This document shows positions 51,319-60,100 of a stretch of DNA of 64,000 nt, piece by piece. The notes under the pieces were generated by a model, which was not told the origin of the DNA, made no database searches, and saw only the letters and a list, made by a program, of their open reading frames with translations. The number at the start of each line of letters is the position of its first letter. Position 1 is the stretch's first letter. The DNA comes from an uncultured Pseudomonadota bacterium (GTDB lineage: Bacteria > Desulfobacterota > Binatia > Binatales > Binataceae). Position numbers and translations under genes: made by a program. Location of the stretch: the NCBI GenBank assembly GCA_963824565.1, contig CAWGQB010000027.1:92548-156547 (forward strand), in the 5' to 3' direction.

Positions 51319-52485
51319 TCATTCCGAGAATCGGAAATTGCGCCGCAGGCGCAGGAAAGGGTCGAGCATCACACTGATAACAGTGCGCCGATCAACCTCT
51401 ATTTCAGCCGTTAGGGCAAGACCCGTGCGCACGGCTTCGGTACCGTGAGAGTCGTCCAGCGTCAGGCGGTCGGGCATGATCCACGCGCGATACGCGCCGG
51501 ATTGATCAGCGTCCGGGTCTATTGAAACCAATGTGCCGGGCAGTAGACCGAACCGCTGATACGGATACGCGTCCAACTTCATCCGCGTTCGCAGCCGGGG
51601 CTTCACCCGCCGCATGGATTCGTTGGGGATCCAGACTTCCGCCAGTAACGGCTCGTCGCTGGGATCGATTGTCGCCGCCACATCGTTTGCGGCGAGATAC
51701 CGTCCGGGGCGCAGCGAGCTGACGTAACTTACCGTTCCAGCGATAGGAGCTACCAAGACTGTCCTTTGCTGAACTTGAATATCCCGGCCAAGCTCGATTT
51801 CCAACGCCTCGATCTTTTGGGATGTTCCAATCGCTAGCCCTCGATCCTTTCGGCCTTCGGCGTCTGAATGGTTCAGATCCGATTGAAGCTGAGCGACGTG
51901 CGTTTGAGCCTCCGCAACGGCCGCTTCTCTCTCCTGTAAGTCGAAAAGCGATACTGCTTCAGCCTGGTAGGCTTCGTGCATCGCACGAGCTTGTTGAGCC
52001 GTTAGTTCGAGCAGCTTCTGAGCGCCCACGAGCTCTTGCTTGATATGACCCGAAGCGCTCGCCAGAATATCCGCGCTATCCTTATAAGCGTCGCCCTCGG
52101 CCTTCGTCTCCGCCAGTTCGTGACGAACGCGCGCAACCTCGGCTTCCTCACGAAAGGAATCGATCTCGAGGATCGGCTCGCCTGCGCGCACCTTTGCGCC
52201 TACCTGGACCAGCACCGCGGAAACAACTCCCCCAGCTGGAATAGAAAGACGCTCGGGTTCGGCGCGAGGCACCAACCGACCCTTGGCAGTTACTACGACA
52301 TTTACTCTGGCAATCGACGCCCAGGTGAGACCGGCAAACACGGTAAGGCTAATGAGATAAATCATTCCGCGGGAGAGCAGGATGCTCAATTGCGGTAGGA
52401 CCCGATCTGTTGGCGCGATCTCCACGGTGTCATTCAAACTGTAGTTCGTTGTGGCAGCTGCAATCTCGAAGGCGGCATAGCAAAC
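51319..52485 (-). CDS. HlyD-family (type I secretion / bacteriocin export) membrane fusion protein
   Basis: An N-terminal TM segment (MIYLISLTVFAGLTWASIA), a long coiled coil, and C-terminal lipoyl/beta-barrel blocks. The start is ATG 52485 or 52533. Confidence 0.85.
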   Translation of the reverse strand, partial: VCYAAFEIAAATTNYSLNDTVEIAPTDRVLPQLSILLSRGMIYLISLTVFAGLTWASIARVNVVVTAKGRLVPRAEPERLSIPAGGVVSAVLVQVGAKVRAGEPILEIDSFREEAEVARVRHELAETKAEGDAYKDSADILASASGHIKQELVGAQKLLELTAQQARAMHEAYQAEAVSLFDLQEREAAVAEAQTHVAQLQSDLNHSDAEGRKDRGLAIGTSQKIEALEIELGRDIQVQQRTVLVAPIAGTVSYVSSLRPGRYLAANDVAATIDPSDEPLLAEVWIPNESMRRVKPRLRTRMKLDAYPYQRFGLLPGTLVSIDPDADQSGAYRAWIMPDRLTLDDSHGTEAVRTGLALTAEIEVDRRTVISVMLDPFLRLRRNFRFSE

Positions 52486-52608
52486 CATAGGCTCCCGGAC
52501 GCTGCAGATGCAAACAGCAGACAGCTCACACAAACAGCGAGCTAGATTATCTTCTCATAAAGAAAAGTTTTACAAGCACAATCTTTTTACGACGATAAGT
52601 TTTATTTG

Positions 52609-52638
52609 GTTGCACGATTCTGTCGCGTATGCATAAAT
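52609..52638 (+). promoter_or_regulatory. candidate promoter of the peptide gene (TTGCAC ... extended -10 TGCATAAAT)
   Basis: TTGCAC at 52609-14 and TGCATAAAT at 52630-38. The surrounding stretch is AT-rich. A paralogous version lies at 53105-53133. Confidence 0.4.
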
Positions 52639-52678
52639 TAAGAGAGTCTCGGTCAGTAGAACTAAAAAGGAGGCAGCA

Positions 52679-52840
52679 ATGGACAAGCGTAATGAATCGG
52701 AGAGCGAAGAGCTCAGCAAGAAGGAGATGAAGAACACCAAGGGTGGAGCAGCAATCGCCGTAGCCAAGGAGCCGAAGCTCAAGATAGACGCACCTGCCGA
52801 ATCCTTGGTTGAAGCACCCAAACGGGTGCTCGATCGCTAA
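52679..52840 (+). CDS. 53-aa double-glycine (GG) leader peptide precursor, not in the ORF track (<60 aa)
   Basis: Own translation: MDKRNESESEELSKKEMKNTKGG|AAIAVAKEPKLKIDAPAESLVEAPKRVLDR*. A strong SD (AAAAAGGAGG) lies 6 nt upstream. The leader fits the C39 consensus (L-12, E-8, M-7, T-4, G-2, G-1). It sits next to the HlyD/C39-ABC genes. Confidence 0.75.
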   Translation: MDKRNESESEELSKKEMKNTKGGAAIAVAKEPKLKIDAPAESLVEAPKRVLDR

Positions 52841-52901
52841 AGCCTAACCAGCTCTGCGCCCGTGGCGCGCGCCACCGGCAACTTAAGCGATCAACACTTG
52901 T

Positions 52902-52932
52902 GCAGCTCTGGGTCACTCGGGCTCAGAGCTGC
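52902..52932 (+). terminator. stem-loop after the peptide gene (9-bp perfect stem GCAGCTCTG / CAGAGCTGC)
   Basis: Read directly from the sequence. It is preceded by the GC palindrome GTGGCGCGCGCCAC (52862-75). The U-tract is weak (ctttc). Confidence 0.4.
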
Positions 52933-53087
52933 GCAAGGCTTTCGCGTCATCTTTAGGCACCGGGCCCTGTGACTGTGCCCAGCGGGAAGTGTGCGAGGAA
53001 CGCCCCCAAATAAAGCGCAATTAACTGAGCGTGGTCTCGGGTTTTGTGGCCGCGGCTAGCTGGTCTAGAAACATAATCTGTTTCCAA

Positions 53088-53227
53088 CGCTAAGTTTGAT
53101 TTTATTGCAGAGTGTTATCTGGTATGCGATAAGGAAACGAATTTCGATCGACGCAACTGCCAAAGAGAAAGCCATGGGCAAGCGCAATGAACCGGAGCAC
53201 TCCAGGCGTTACCCGAAGGTCGACTGA
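53088..53227 (+). pseudogene. decayed paralog of the GG-peptide gene (promoter + first 8 codons conserved, then a 17-aa ORF)
   Basis: cgctaagtttgattttattgcagagtgttatctggtatgcgataag aligns with 52594-52640. ATG 53174 encodes MGKRNEPEHSRRYPKVD*, versus MDKRNESESEELSKK... in the intact copy. No GG motif remains in any frame. Confidence 0.45.
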
Positions 53228-53407
53228 ATCCGGTTCTGAGCGATGAATGTCTGCGTAAGGGCAGCGAACTCGGAGATTGATCCTGCGATATCTATGTCAG
53301 CGTCATGAGGTGCAAAATTCCGGCCGCTCTCTGGAAAAAACGGCCCGTAACTTTCTGCATTCAGGAGGTCCCTTGCAAATGTCCCGCAGGCGCGCAGTAG
53401 GCCGGCC

Positions 53408-56400
53408 ATGGCACAATCAGGGACTGTAACACTGCTATTTACCGACCTGGTCAATTCGACCGATCAGTTGCAACAGGCGGGCGACGAAGCCGAGCGGTGG
53501 TTTCGAGTTCATCACAAGCTGATGACCGATGCGGTCACGGCCGGCGGCGGAGAGGAGCTGCAATGGCTGGGCGACGGGATGCTGGCGGCGTTCTCGTCGA
53601 TCGCCGACGCGGTGCGTTGCGCCATCAATGTGCAGCAGACCGCGCGCCGCCCGATGGCCGGCGCGCGTTTCGAGATTCGCATCGGCATTCATTTGGGCGA
53701 GGTCCTGCGCCGCGACGGCGGCTACTTCGGTATGCCGGTGGTCACCGCGCGCCGGCTGTGCGACCGTGCCGAGGCCGGGCAAATCCTGTGCAGCAAACTG
53801 ATCGCGGAGTTGCTGGCGGCGCGCCAGACTTTCAGCTTCCGCGATCTGGGCGAATTTAGCTTGAAAGGCCTCGCGGCGCCGGTGGGGATTTGCGAGGTAG
53901 TTTATCCGGCTAACGACCCCGCCGCGATGCTTAACCGGACCCCGTTCGTGGGCCGTGGCGGGCAACTGCAGCGGCTGTCAGCCAAGCTCGAAGAGGCCTG
54001 CAACGGCCGCGGCTCGATTGCGATGGTGCGCGGTGAACCGGGGATCGGCAAGACCCGGACGCTCGAAGAGTTCGCCGACCAGACCCGCCAACGCGGCGCG
54101 GTGGCGATTCGCGGCGCTTGTTACGACGGCGAATGGCAGGCGCCCTACGGCCCGTTCGCGGAAGCAATCATGGAGTATGCTCGCGATGCCAACCGCGCCG
54201 AGCTTGGCACCCTGCTGGGCAAGCGGGCGCCGATTCTCGCGCGCATCGCGCCGGCGCTGCACGAGTTGCTCGGCGACATCCCCGAACCGGTGCCGCTGGA
54301 CAAGGAAGAAGAACGCTTCCGCCTGTTCGACGCGGTCGCGCAGTTTTTGATCAGCGCCGCGCAGTATGCGCCGCTAGTGCTGATCCTCGACGACCTGCAC
54401 TGGGCGGACCGCGGCACGGTAGCGATGTTAAGCCATGTGGCGCATTTCGTTTCCGCCAATCCGATCGTGCTCATTGGCGCCTATCGCGACGCTGAAGTCG
54501 ACCGCAAGCATCATCTGGCGGGGGCTCTGGCCGGCATCAGCCGGCTGCACAATTTCGACAGCCTGGCGCTCAAAGGGCTCGAAGGTGAGGAGGTCGCGGA
54601 CTTGCTCGGGTTAATCGGCGACGGGCAGCCACCTGACGCCCTGGTCAAGGCGCTGGGGGGCGCCACCGAAGGCAACCCGCTGTTTCTGCGCGAGGTGTTG
54701 CTGCACTTGGTAGAAGAGGGAAAAATCCTGCGCGAAGGCCACGGCTGGATTTCCAAGTTCAGCGTCGACGAACTCGGTATCCCCGAAGGCGTGCGCCAGG
54801 TAGTCAGCCGGCGACTGCTGAGGCTGTCCGATGACGCCAACCGTCTGCTCGGGGTCGCTTCGGCGTTCAACGGCGCATTCTCGTTTGAGGTGGCAGCCTC
54901 GGCGGCGGGACTCCACGAGAACACCGCGCTCAGCGCGATTGACGAAGCCCTGGAGGCTCAGCTTTTACAGCCGGGGCCAAGCCCGGAGAGTTTCGACTTC
55001 ACCCACGCGATGATCCGGCACACACTCTATAATGATCTCCATCCGGCCCGCCGGGTGCGGCTGCATCGCAAGATCGCCGAAGAAATGGAGCGCGCCTGGG
55101 GCGAGCGCGCGGCGCATCACGCCGCGGAAGTGGCGTTTCAGTTCTGGCGCGGCGCCGCGGCGTCCTCGGGCACCGAGCGCGGCGTCGATTACGCACTGGC
55201 CGCGGCCGATAATTCCGAAGCCGCCTACGCGCATGACGAAGTGGCGGCGTTCCTGCGCATCGCCTTGGAGTTGCTCCCGGCCAACGACTCCAGACGCCCG
55301 CGTCTGCTCGCGCGTTTGGGCACCGCACTGATCTGGACGCTTGATGCCGACGACGGGGTCAAGGTCGCGCTCGAAGCGGGATCCATGATTGCCGCCACCG
55401 AGGGAGCCGATCCTGCGGCCGACTTCTTTGAAGCCACCGCGCGCGGAATGCTGCGCGCTGGCCTGATGCGTCACGCATGGGATTTGGCCCGGGAAGGCCT
55501 GCGCAACATCGGCAAGCGCCGTGACATTGTGTGGGCGAGCCTCGACGAGATCGATACGTATCGCGCTGATGCTGAAGATCCCGACAGCCCGGCCATAACT
55601 GTCGATTCCCAACGACTGCGCCAACGGCGCGCGGTACTCAAGCAAATGTCATCCGAGCGGGCCAAAGCCCGGAGAATTGACGAATATCCCTACGACTCAA
55701 GAGAGGAAATCATTCGCGACCCCAACTGCGACAATCTGGCGATGGTTTTTCTCGCCGGCGATTGCCGGCGCAGTCTGCCGTTGTGGCAGCAGCGCTCCGC
55801 CGACGCTGAGCGCTGCGGCCGGATTGCGTTGGCGATGGAGTCCTGGGCATACGTCGCCCGATGTCACAATGCGCTCGGCGATTTCATTGCCGCGCGGGCC
55901 GCGTATGATCGGTCGATCGCATTTGCCGCGCGCTTCAATCGCCCTTCGTTTCAACTCCTTAATCTCATGTCCGTTAGATATGATTTCCTCATAGCCCTTG
56001 ACCACGGCTGGGATGAAACCATCAGCGTTCCCGGAGCAGCGGAGCTGTTCAAAAATCCGCTCCCGGAATTGAAATGGGCCTATGCCGCCGCTTGCGCGAC
56101 CACGGCTCACACTCTGGCGTTACAGAACCGCGCCGATCAGGCGTTACAGGTGCTTAGCATCGTACCCGATGCGCTGCGTCGTGGAGCGCCCTTTGGACTG
56201 GTGTACAGCTTGACCGCCTGTGATGCCGCGTCGGTGCTGTGGCTACTCAATCGCACTGATCATATGGAGGTTATCGAGAGTAGCATCCGGGAGAAGGTTC
56301 TGGCCCCCGATTTCCGTTTTCCGATGCGCGACGGCCGGTTATCGATGGCGCGTCTGTCCGCGCTTGCGGGCCGCTACGATGAGGCGGCGGACTGGTTCGC

Positions 56401-56614
56401 CAAGGCGCGCGAGATCCTCGATGAGCAGGGTTGGCGGCCGCTGCGTGCAATCTGTGACTACGATGAAGCGGTAATGTATATACGGTGCGGCGCGGCAACG
56501 GGCATCTCAAACGCGCAGCCTCTGCTCGACGCGGCTGCGCGCCAATTCCAGTCCCTCGGCATGCCCGGCTGGATCAAGCGCGCCGAGCAAACCTCTGCCG
56601 CCATCCGCAATTAG
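53408..56614 (+). CDS. class III cyclase domain + AAA/STAND P-loop ATPase + TPR-like C-terminal region (1068 aa), paralog 1
   Basis: Cyclase blocks are VTLLFTDLVNST, ELQWLGDGMLAAF, FEIRIGIHLGEV and GGYFGMPVVTARRL. Walker A is GEPGIGKTR and Walker B is LVLILDDLHWAD. The long helical-repeat C-terminus has no LuxR-type HTH recognisable. Confidence 0.9.
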   Translation: MAQSGTVTLLFTDLVNSTDQLQQAGDEAERWFRVHHKLMTDAVTAGGGEELQWLGDGMLAAFSSIADAVRCAINVQQTARRPMAGARFEIRIGIHLGEVLRRDGGYFGMPVVTARRLCDRAEAGQILCSKLIAELLAARQTFSFRDLGEFSLKGLAAPVGICEVVYPANDPAAMLNRTPFVGRGGQLQRLSAKLEEACNGRGSIAMVRGEPGIGKTRTLEEFADQTRQRGAVAIRGACYDGEWQAPYGPFAEAIMEYARDANRAELGTLLGKRAPILARIAPALHELLGDIPEPVPLDKEEERFRLFDAVAQFLISAAQYAPLVLILDDLHWADRGTVAMLSHVAHFVSANPIVLIGAYRDAEVDRKHHLAGALAGISRLHNFDSLALKGLEGEEVADLLGLIGDGQPPDALVKALGGATEGNPLFLREVLLHLVEEGKILREGHGWISKFSVDELGIPEGVRQVVSRRLLRLSDDANRLLGVASAFNGAFSFEVAASAAGLHENTALSAIDEALEAQLLQPGPSPESFDFTHAMIRHTLYNDLHPARRVRLHRKIAEEMERAWGERAAHHAAEVAFQFWRGAAASSGTERGVDYALAAADNSEAAYAHDEVAAFLRIALELLPANDSRRPRLLARLGTALIWTLDADDGVKVALEAGSMIAATEGADPAADFFEATARGMLRAGLMRHAWDLAREGLRNIGKRRDIVWASLDEIDTYRADAEDPDSPAITVDSQRLRQRRAVLKQMSSERAKARRIDEYPYDSREEIIRDPNCDNLAMVFLAGDCRRSLPLWQQRSADAERCGRIALAMESWAYVARCHNALGDFIAARAAYDRSIAFAARFNRPSFQLLNLMSVRYDFLIALDHGWDETISVPGAAELFKNPLPELKWAYAAACATTAHTLALQNRADQALQVLSIVPDALRRGAPFGLVYSLTACDAASVLWLLNRTDHMEVIESSIREKVLAPDFRFPMRDGRLSMARLSALAGRYDEAADWFAKAREILDEQGWRPLRAICDYDEAVMYIRCGAATGISNAQPLLDAAARQFQSLGMPGWIKRAEQTSAAIRN

Positions 56615-56802
56615 CCAAGTCGGACTGCTCCCTTATGCGCGGTATGGCCTTTAGCGAACTGCATGAACGGGGGTACACGCCGCACCCTCGAGTTTTCTAA
56701 GAGACCCTAATGCCCTTTGCGCCGGCCAAACTGAGCTATCCAGAAACATTCAGCGTTCCCTCGGGATGCAAACGAGACCTACACAAACGATCTCTAGTTA
56801 GA

Positions 56803-56979
56803 AACAAGTTGACATAGACTTTTAACGCTTGTAGGTTCAAAATCATGCAGCGGCAGCACTTCGAGACCCCATATGGCAGCTTAAGAACCACACCGGCGTC
56901 TCCGCATTCCGTTCCGATTGGGATGGATCTCGGCGAGTAGCAGTTCGACAGAAATACCACCGTCTCCGAAGCGGAGGTA
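56803..56979 (+). promoter_or_regulatory. conserved promoter (TTGACA-17-TAGGTT) plus conserved leader hairpin; paralog of 38871..39040
   Basis: AAACAAGTTGACATAGACT...GCTTGTAGGTT has its -35 at 56809-14 and -10 at 56832-37. It carries ATATGGCAGC (56871-80) and AGAAATACCACCGTCTCCGAAGCGGAGG. The hairpin is TACCACCG (56955-62) paired with CGGAGGTA (56972-79), with one mismatch. Confidence 0.5.
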
Positions 56980-57137
56980 GAGCTATCTTTTGAAGGTTTC
57001 GATGCGACAATTGCGCAGCCTTGGACACCCCGGGTTGCGGGACCGGCGGGCAAAATCGCCGGCCGGCGCGCAAACGCGCGGCGTCGGAGGCTCGGAGGGC
57101 GCCGTCCTGATCGAGGTGGCGCGGCGGTAGGTCTGCG

Positions 57138-60100
57138 ATGGCGGAATCCGGAACCGTTACGCTGCTGCTCACCGATCTGGTCAATTCGAGCCTACTGTTG
57201 GAGCGCGCCGGCGACGAAGCCGGCCAGCGGTTGTTCCGTGCCCACCACAAGCTGATGACCGATGCGATCACCAGCAACGGCGGAGAGGAATTGCAATGGC
57301 TGGGAGACGGCGTGCTGGCGGCGTTTTCATCAACCGCCGACGCGGTGCGTTGCGCGATCATTATCCAGCAAACCGCACGGCGGCCCGTGGAGGGAGCGCG
57401 GTTCGAGATCCGCATCGGGGTCCATATCGGCGAGGCGTTGCGGCGCGAGGACGGCTACTTCGGCACACCTTTGGTGATGGTGCGCCGGCTGTGCGAGCGC
57501 GCCGCGGCCGGACAGATCCTTTGCAGCAGGCTGATCGCGCAGATATTGGCCTCGCGCCAGTCGTTCACGTTCCGCGCGCTTGATAACGTCGAACTCAAAG
57601 GTTTCGCGGCGCCAATCGCCATCAGCGAAGTCGTCTACCAGCGCAACGATCCGGCAGCACTGCTCAATCGCACTCCGTTCGTGGGCCGCTCAGAGCAACT
57701 CAAACGTCTGTCGGTTAAGCTTGAAGAGGCCTGCAACGGCCACGGGGCGGTTGCGATGCTTCAGGGCGAGCCCGGCATCGGCAAGACCCGCACCCTGGCC
57801 GAGTTTGCCGACATGGCCCGCCAACGCGGAGCGCTGGTGCTGCGCGGCGCTTGCTACGACGGTGAATGGCAACGGCCCTATGGTCCGTTCGCGGAAGCGA
57901 TCGTCGAATACACGCGGCATGCCCAACCCGCGCAACTCGCCGCTGCATTGGGCAAGAGCGCGTCAATTATCGCACGCATCGCGCCGGCGCTCCGCGAACG
58001 GCTGGGCGACATTCCGGAACCCACAGCGTTGGACAAGGACGAGGAGCGCTTCCGGCTGTTGGACGCGGTTTCACAGTTTCTCATCGCCATCGCCCAGCAC
58101 ACGCCCCTGGTATTGGTGCTCGACGATCTGCATTGGGCGGACCGCGGGACGACGGGACTGCTCGGCCACGTGGCGCATAGTGTTCCCGCGAATCCGATGC
58201 TGTTAATCGGCGCCTACCGCGACGCCGAGGTTGACCGGATGCACCCGCTCTCCAGAGCCGTCGTCACGATTCGAAGGCTGCCGAACTTTGAAATCATTTC
58301 GTTGAAGGGTCTCGGAGGCGAAGAGGTAGCTGAGTTGCTCGAGATCGTCGCCGACCACGACGCGCCCCAGGCTCTGGTCCAGACGCTCAGCGCGGAGACC
58401 GAAGGCAACCCGCTATTTATCCGCGAGGTGCTCTTGCACCTGCTGGAAGAGGGAAAGATTCTGCGTGACGGCCAGGGCTGGATATCGAAATTCGACGTAT
58501 CGGAGCTCGGTATCCCAGAGGGAGTACGCAGTGTAATCGGCAGGCGCCTGGAGAAGCTGTCCGCTGAAGCCAATCGCCTGTTGACGGTCGGGGCGTGCTT
58601 TAAAGGTTCGTTCTCTTTCGAAGTGGCTGCCGCTGTTGCCGAACTGGACGAAGACGTTGCACTCAACGCGGTCGACGAGGCACTCGATGTGCAACTGCTG
58701 CGTCCTGGCGCCAATGCTGAGAGCTTCGATTTCAACCATGCGCTCATCCGCCACACGCTTTACTCAGAGCTCAACCCCGCTCGCCGGGTACGGCTGCATC
58801 GCCGCATCGCGGAAGCGATGGAACGTACGTGGGGCGAGAAGGCGTCGGAACACGCTGCCGAAGTGGCCTACCAGTTCTGGCGCGGCGCCACCGCTTCCGG
58901 CACCGAACGCGGTGCGGACTACGCGATCGCGGCCGCGGACTATGCCGAAGCTGCCTATGCGCACGACGAGGTAGTCGCCTTTTTACGCATCGCCTTGGAA
59001 CTCCTGGCGCGAAACGACTCGCGCCGAACCCGGCTGCTCGCCCGCCTGGGGCTGGCCCTCACGTGGACACTTAACGAGGAAGAGGCGGTAAGGGTCGCCC
59101 ACGAAGCGGGTGACTTGATCGCACCTGCCGAGAGCCCTGCCGCAGCGGCAGACTACCTCAGGATCGCGGCGCGCGCGATGTATTCCGCGGGACTGTTGCG
59201 TGGCGCCTGGGAACTGGCCAAGGATGGGCTCCGTCATGCGGGTGACCGCCACGACGTCACCTGGGCCAGCCTTAACGAGATTGATTTGATGCGCCAGGGC
59301 GCCGAGGATCCCGCAAATCCGGGTATCCGTTCCGACACCCCGAACGAACGCGAACATCGTGCCATATTGAGGCAGCTGCCGCCCGAACAATTGCGCGCCG
59401 CCGGTCTGGATCGGCCATTTGATTCCAGGAATGAGATCCTGCAATCCAATGACCCCTCGCCAATTGCATTGTTGTTCCTTGCGGGCGAATACCGGCGCAG
59501 TCTGCCCATTTGGCAACGAGAGGCGGCCGAAGCAGAGCGCGCAGGCCGAATCATGTGGGCGATGCACGCGTGGGCCAGCGTGGCACGCTGCCATATCGCG
59601 CTTGGTGACCTGACTGTCGCGCAGGCAGCATGCGACCGTGCCGCGGTGTTGTCCGGACGTTCGGTCGGGTCATCGCCCTGGCTGCTGAACCTGCTCTCGG
59701 CGAGACACGACCGGCGCGTCATGCTCGATGAGGGATGGGAAGAAGTATTCAGCGATCCCTTAGTCCAAACCCTGATGCAGGAGCAGCGCGCGGAGAACAA
59801 ATGGGCAGCGGCGCCAGTCCATGCTGCATCGGCTTACCTGTTTAGCCGAATCAACCAGCCGGAGATGGCTGTGCAGCGGCTCGAATCGCTGACCGCCGCG
59901 CTCGAATACGGAGCCGGATGGGCCAATGTTTACAGCGGCATGGCCTGTGACGCAGCTGCGACGCTATGGTTTCTCAATCGTACGGACTCGATCGGCGTCA
60001 TTGAACGAAACCTCCGTGAAAAAGTCATTGCTCCCGACTTCCGCTATCCGATGCGCGACGGACGTCTCTCTCTCGCGCGTCTGTGCGCTCTCCAGGGGCG

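Noticed and set aside
52570-52821. 83-aa minus-strand ORF reported in the track.
   Set aside because: It is antisense to the GG-leader peptide gene, has no SD, and has a Ser/Leu-rich low-complexity product. The plus-strand 53-aa ORF has a strong SD and a recognisable leader motif.
53209-53454. 81-aa minus-strand ORF overlapping the start of cyclase 1.
   Set aside because: It has no RBS and no recognisable motif, and it overlaps a strongly supported gene start on the other strand.
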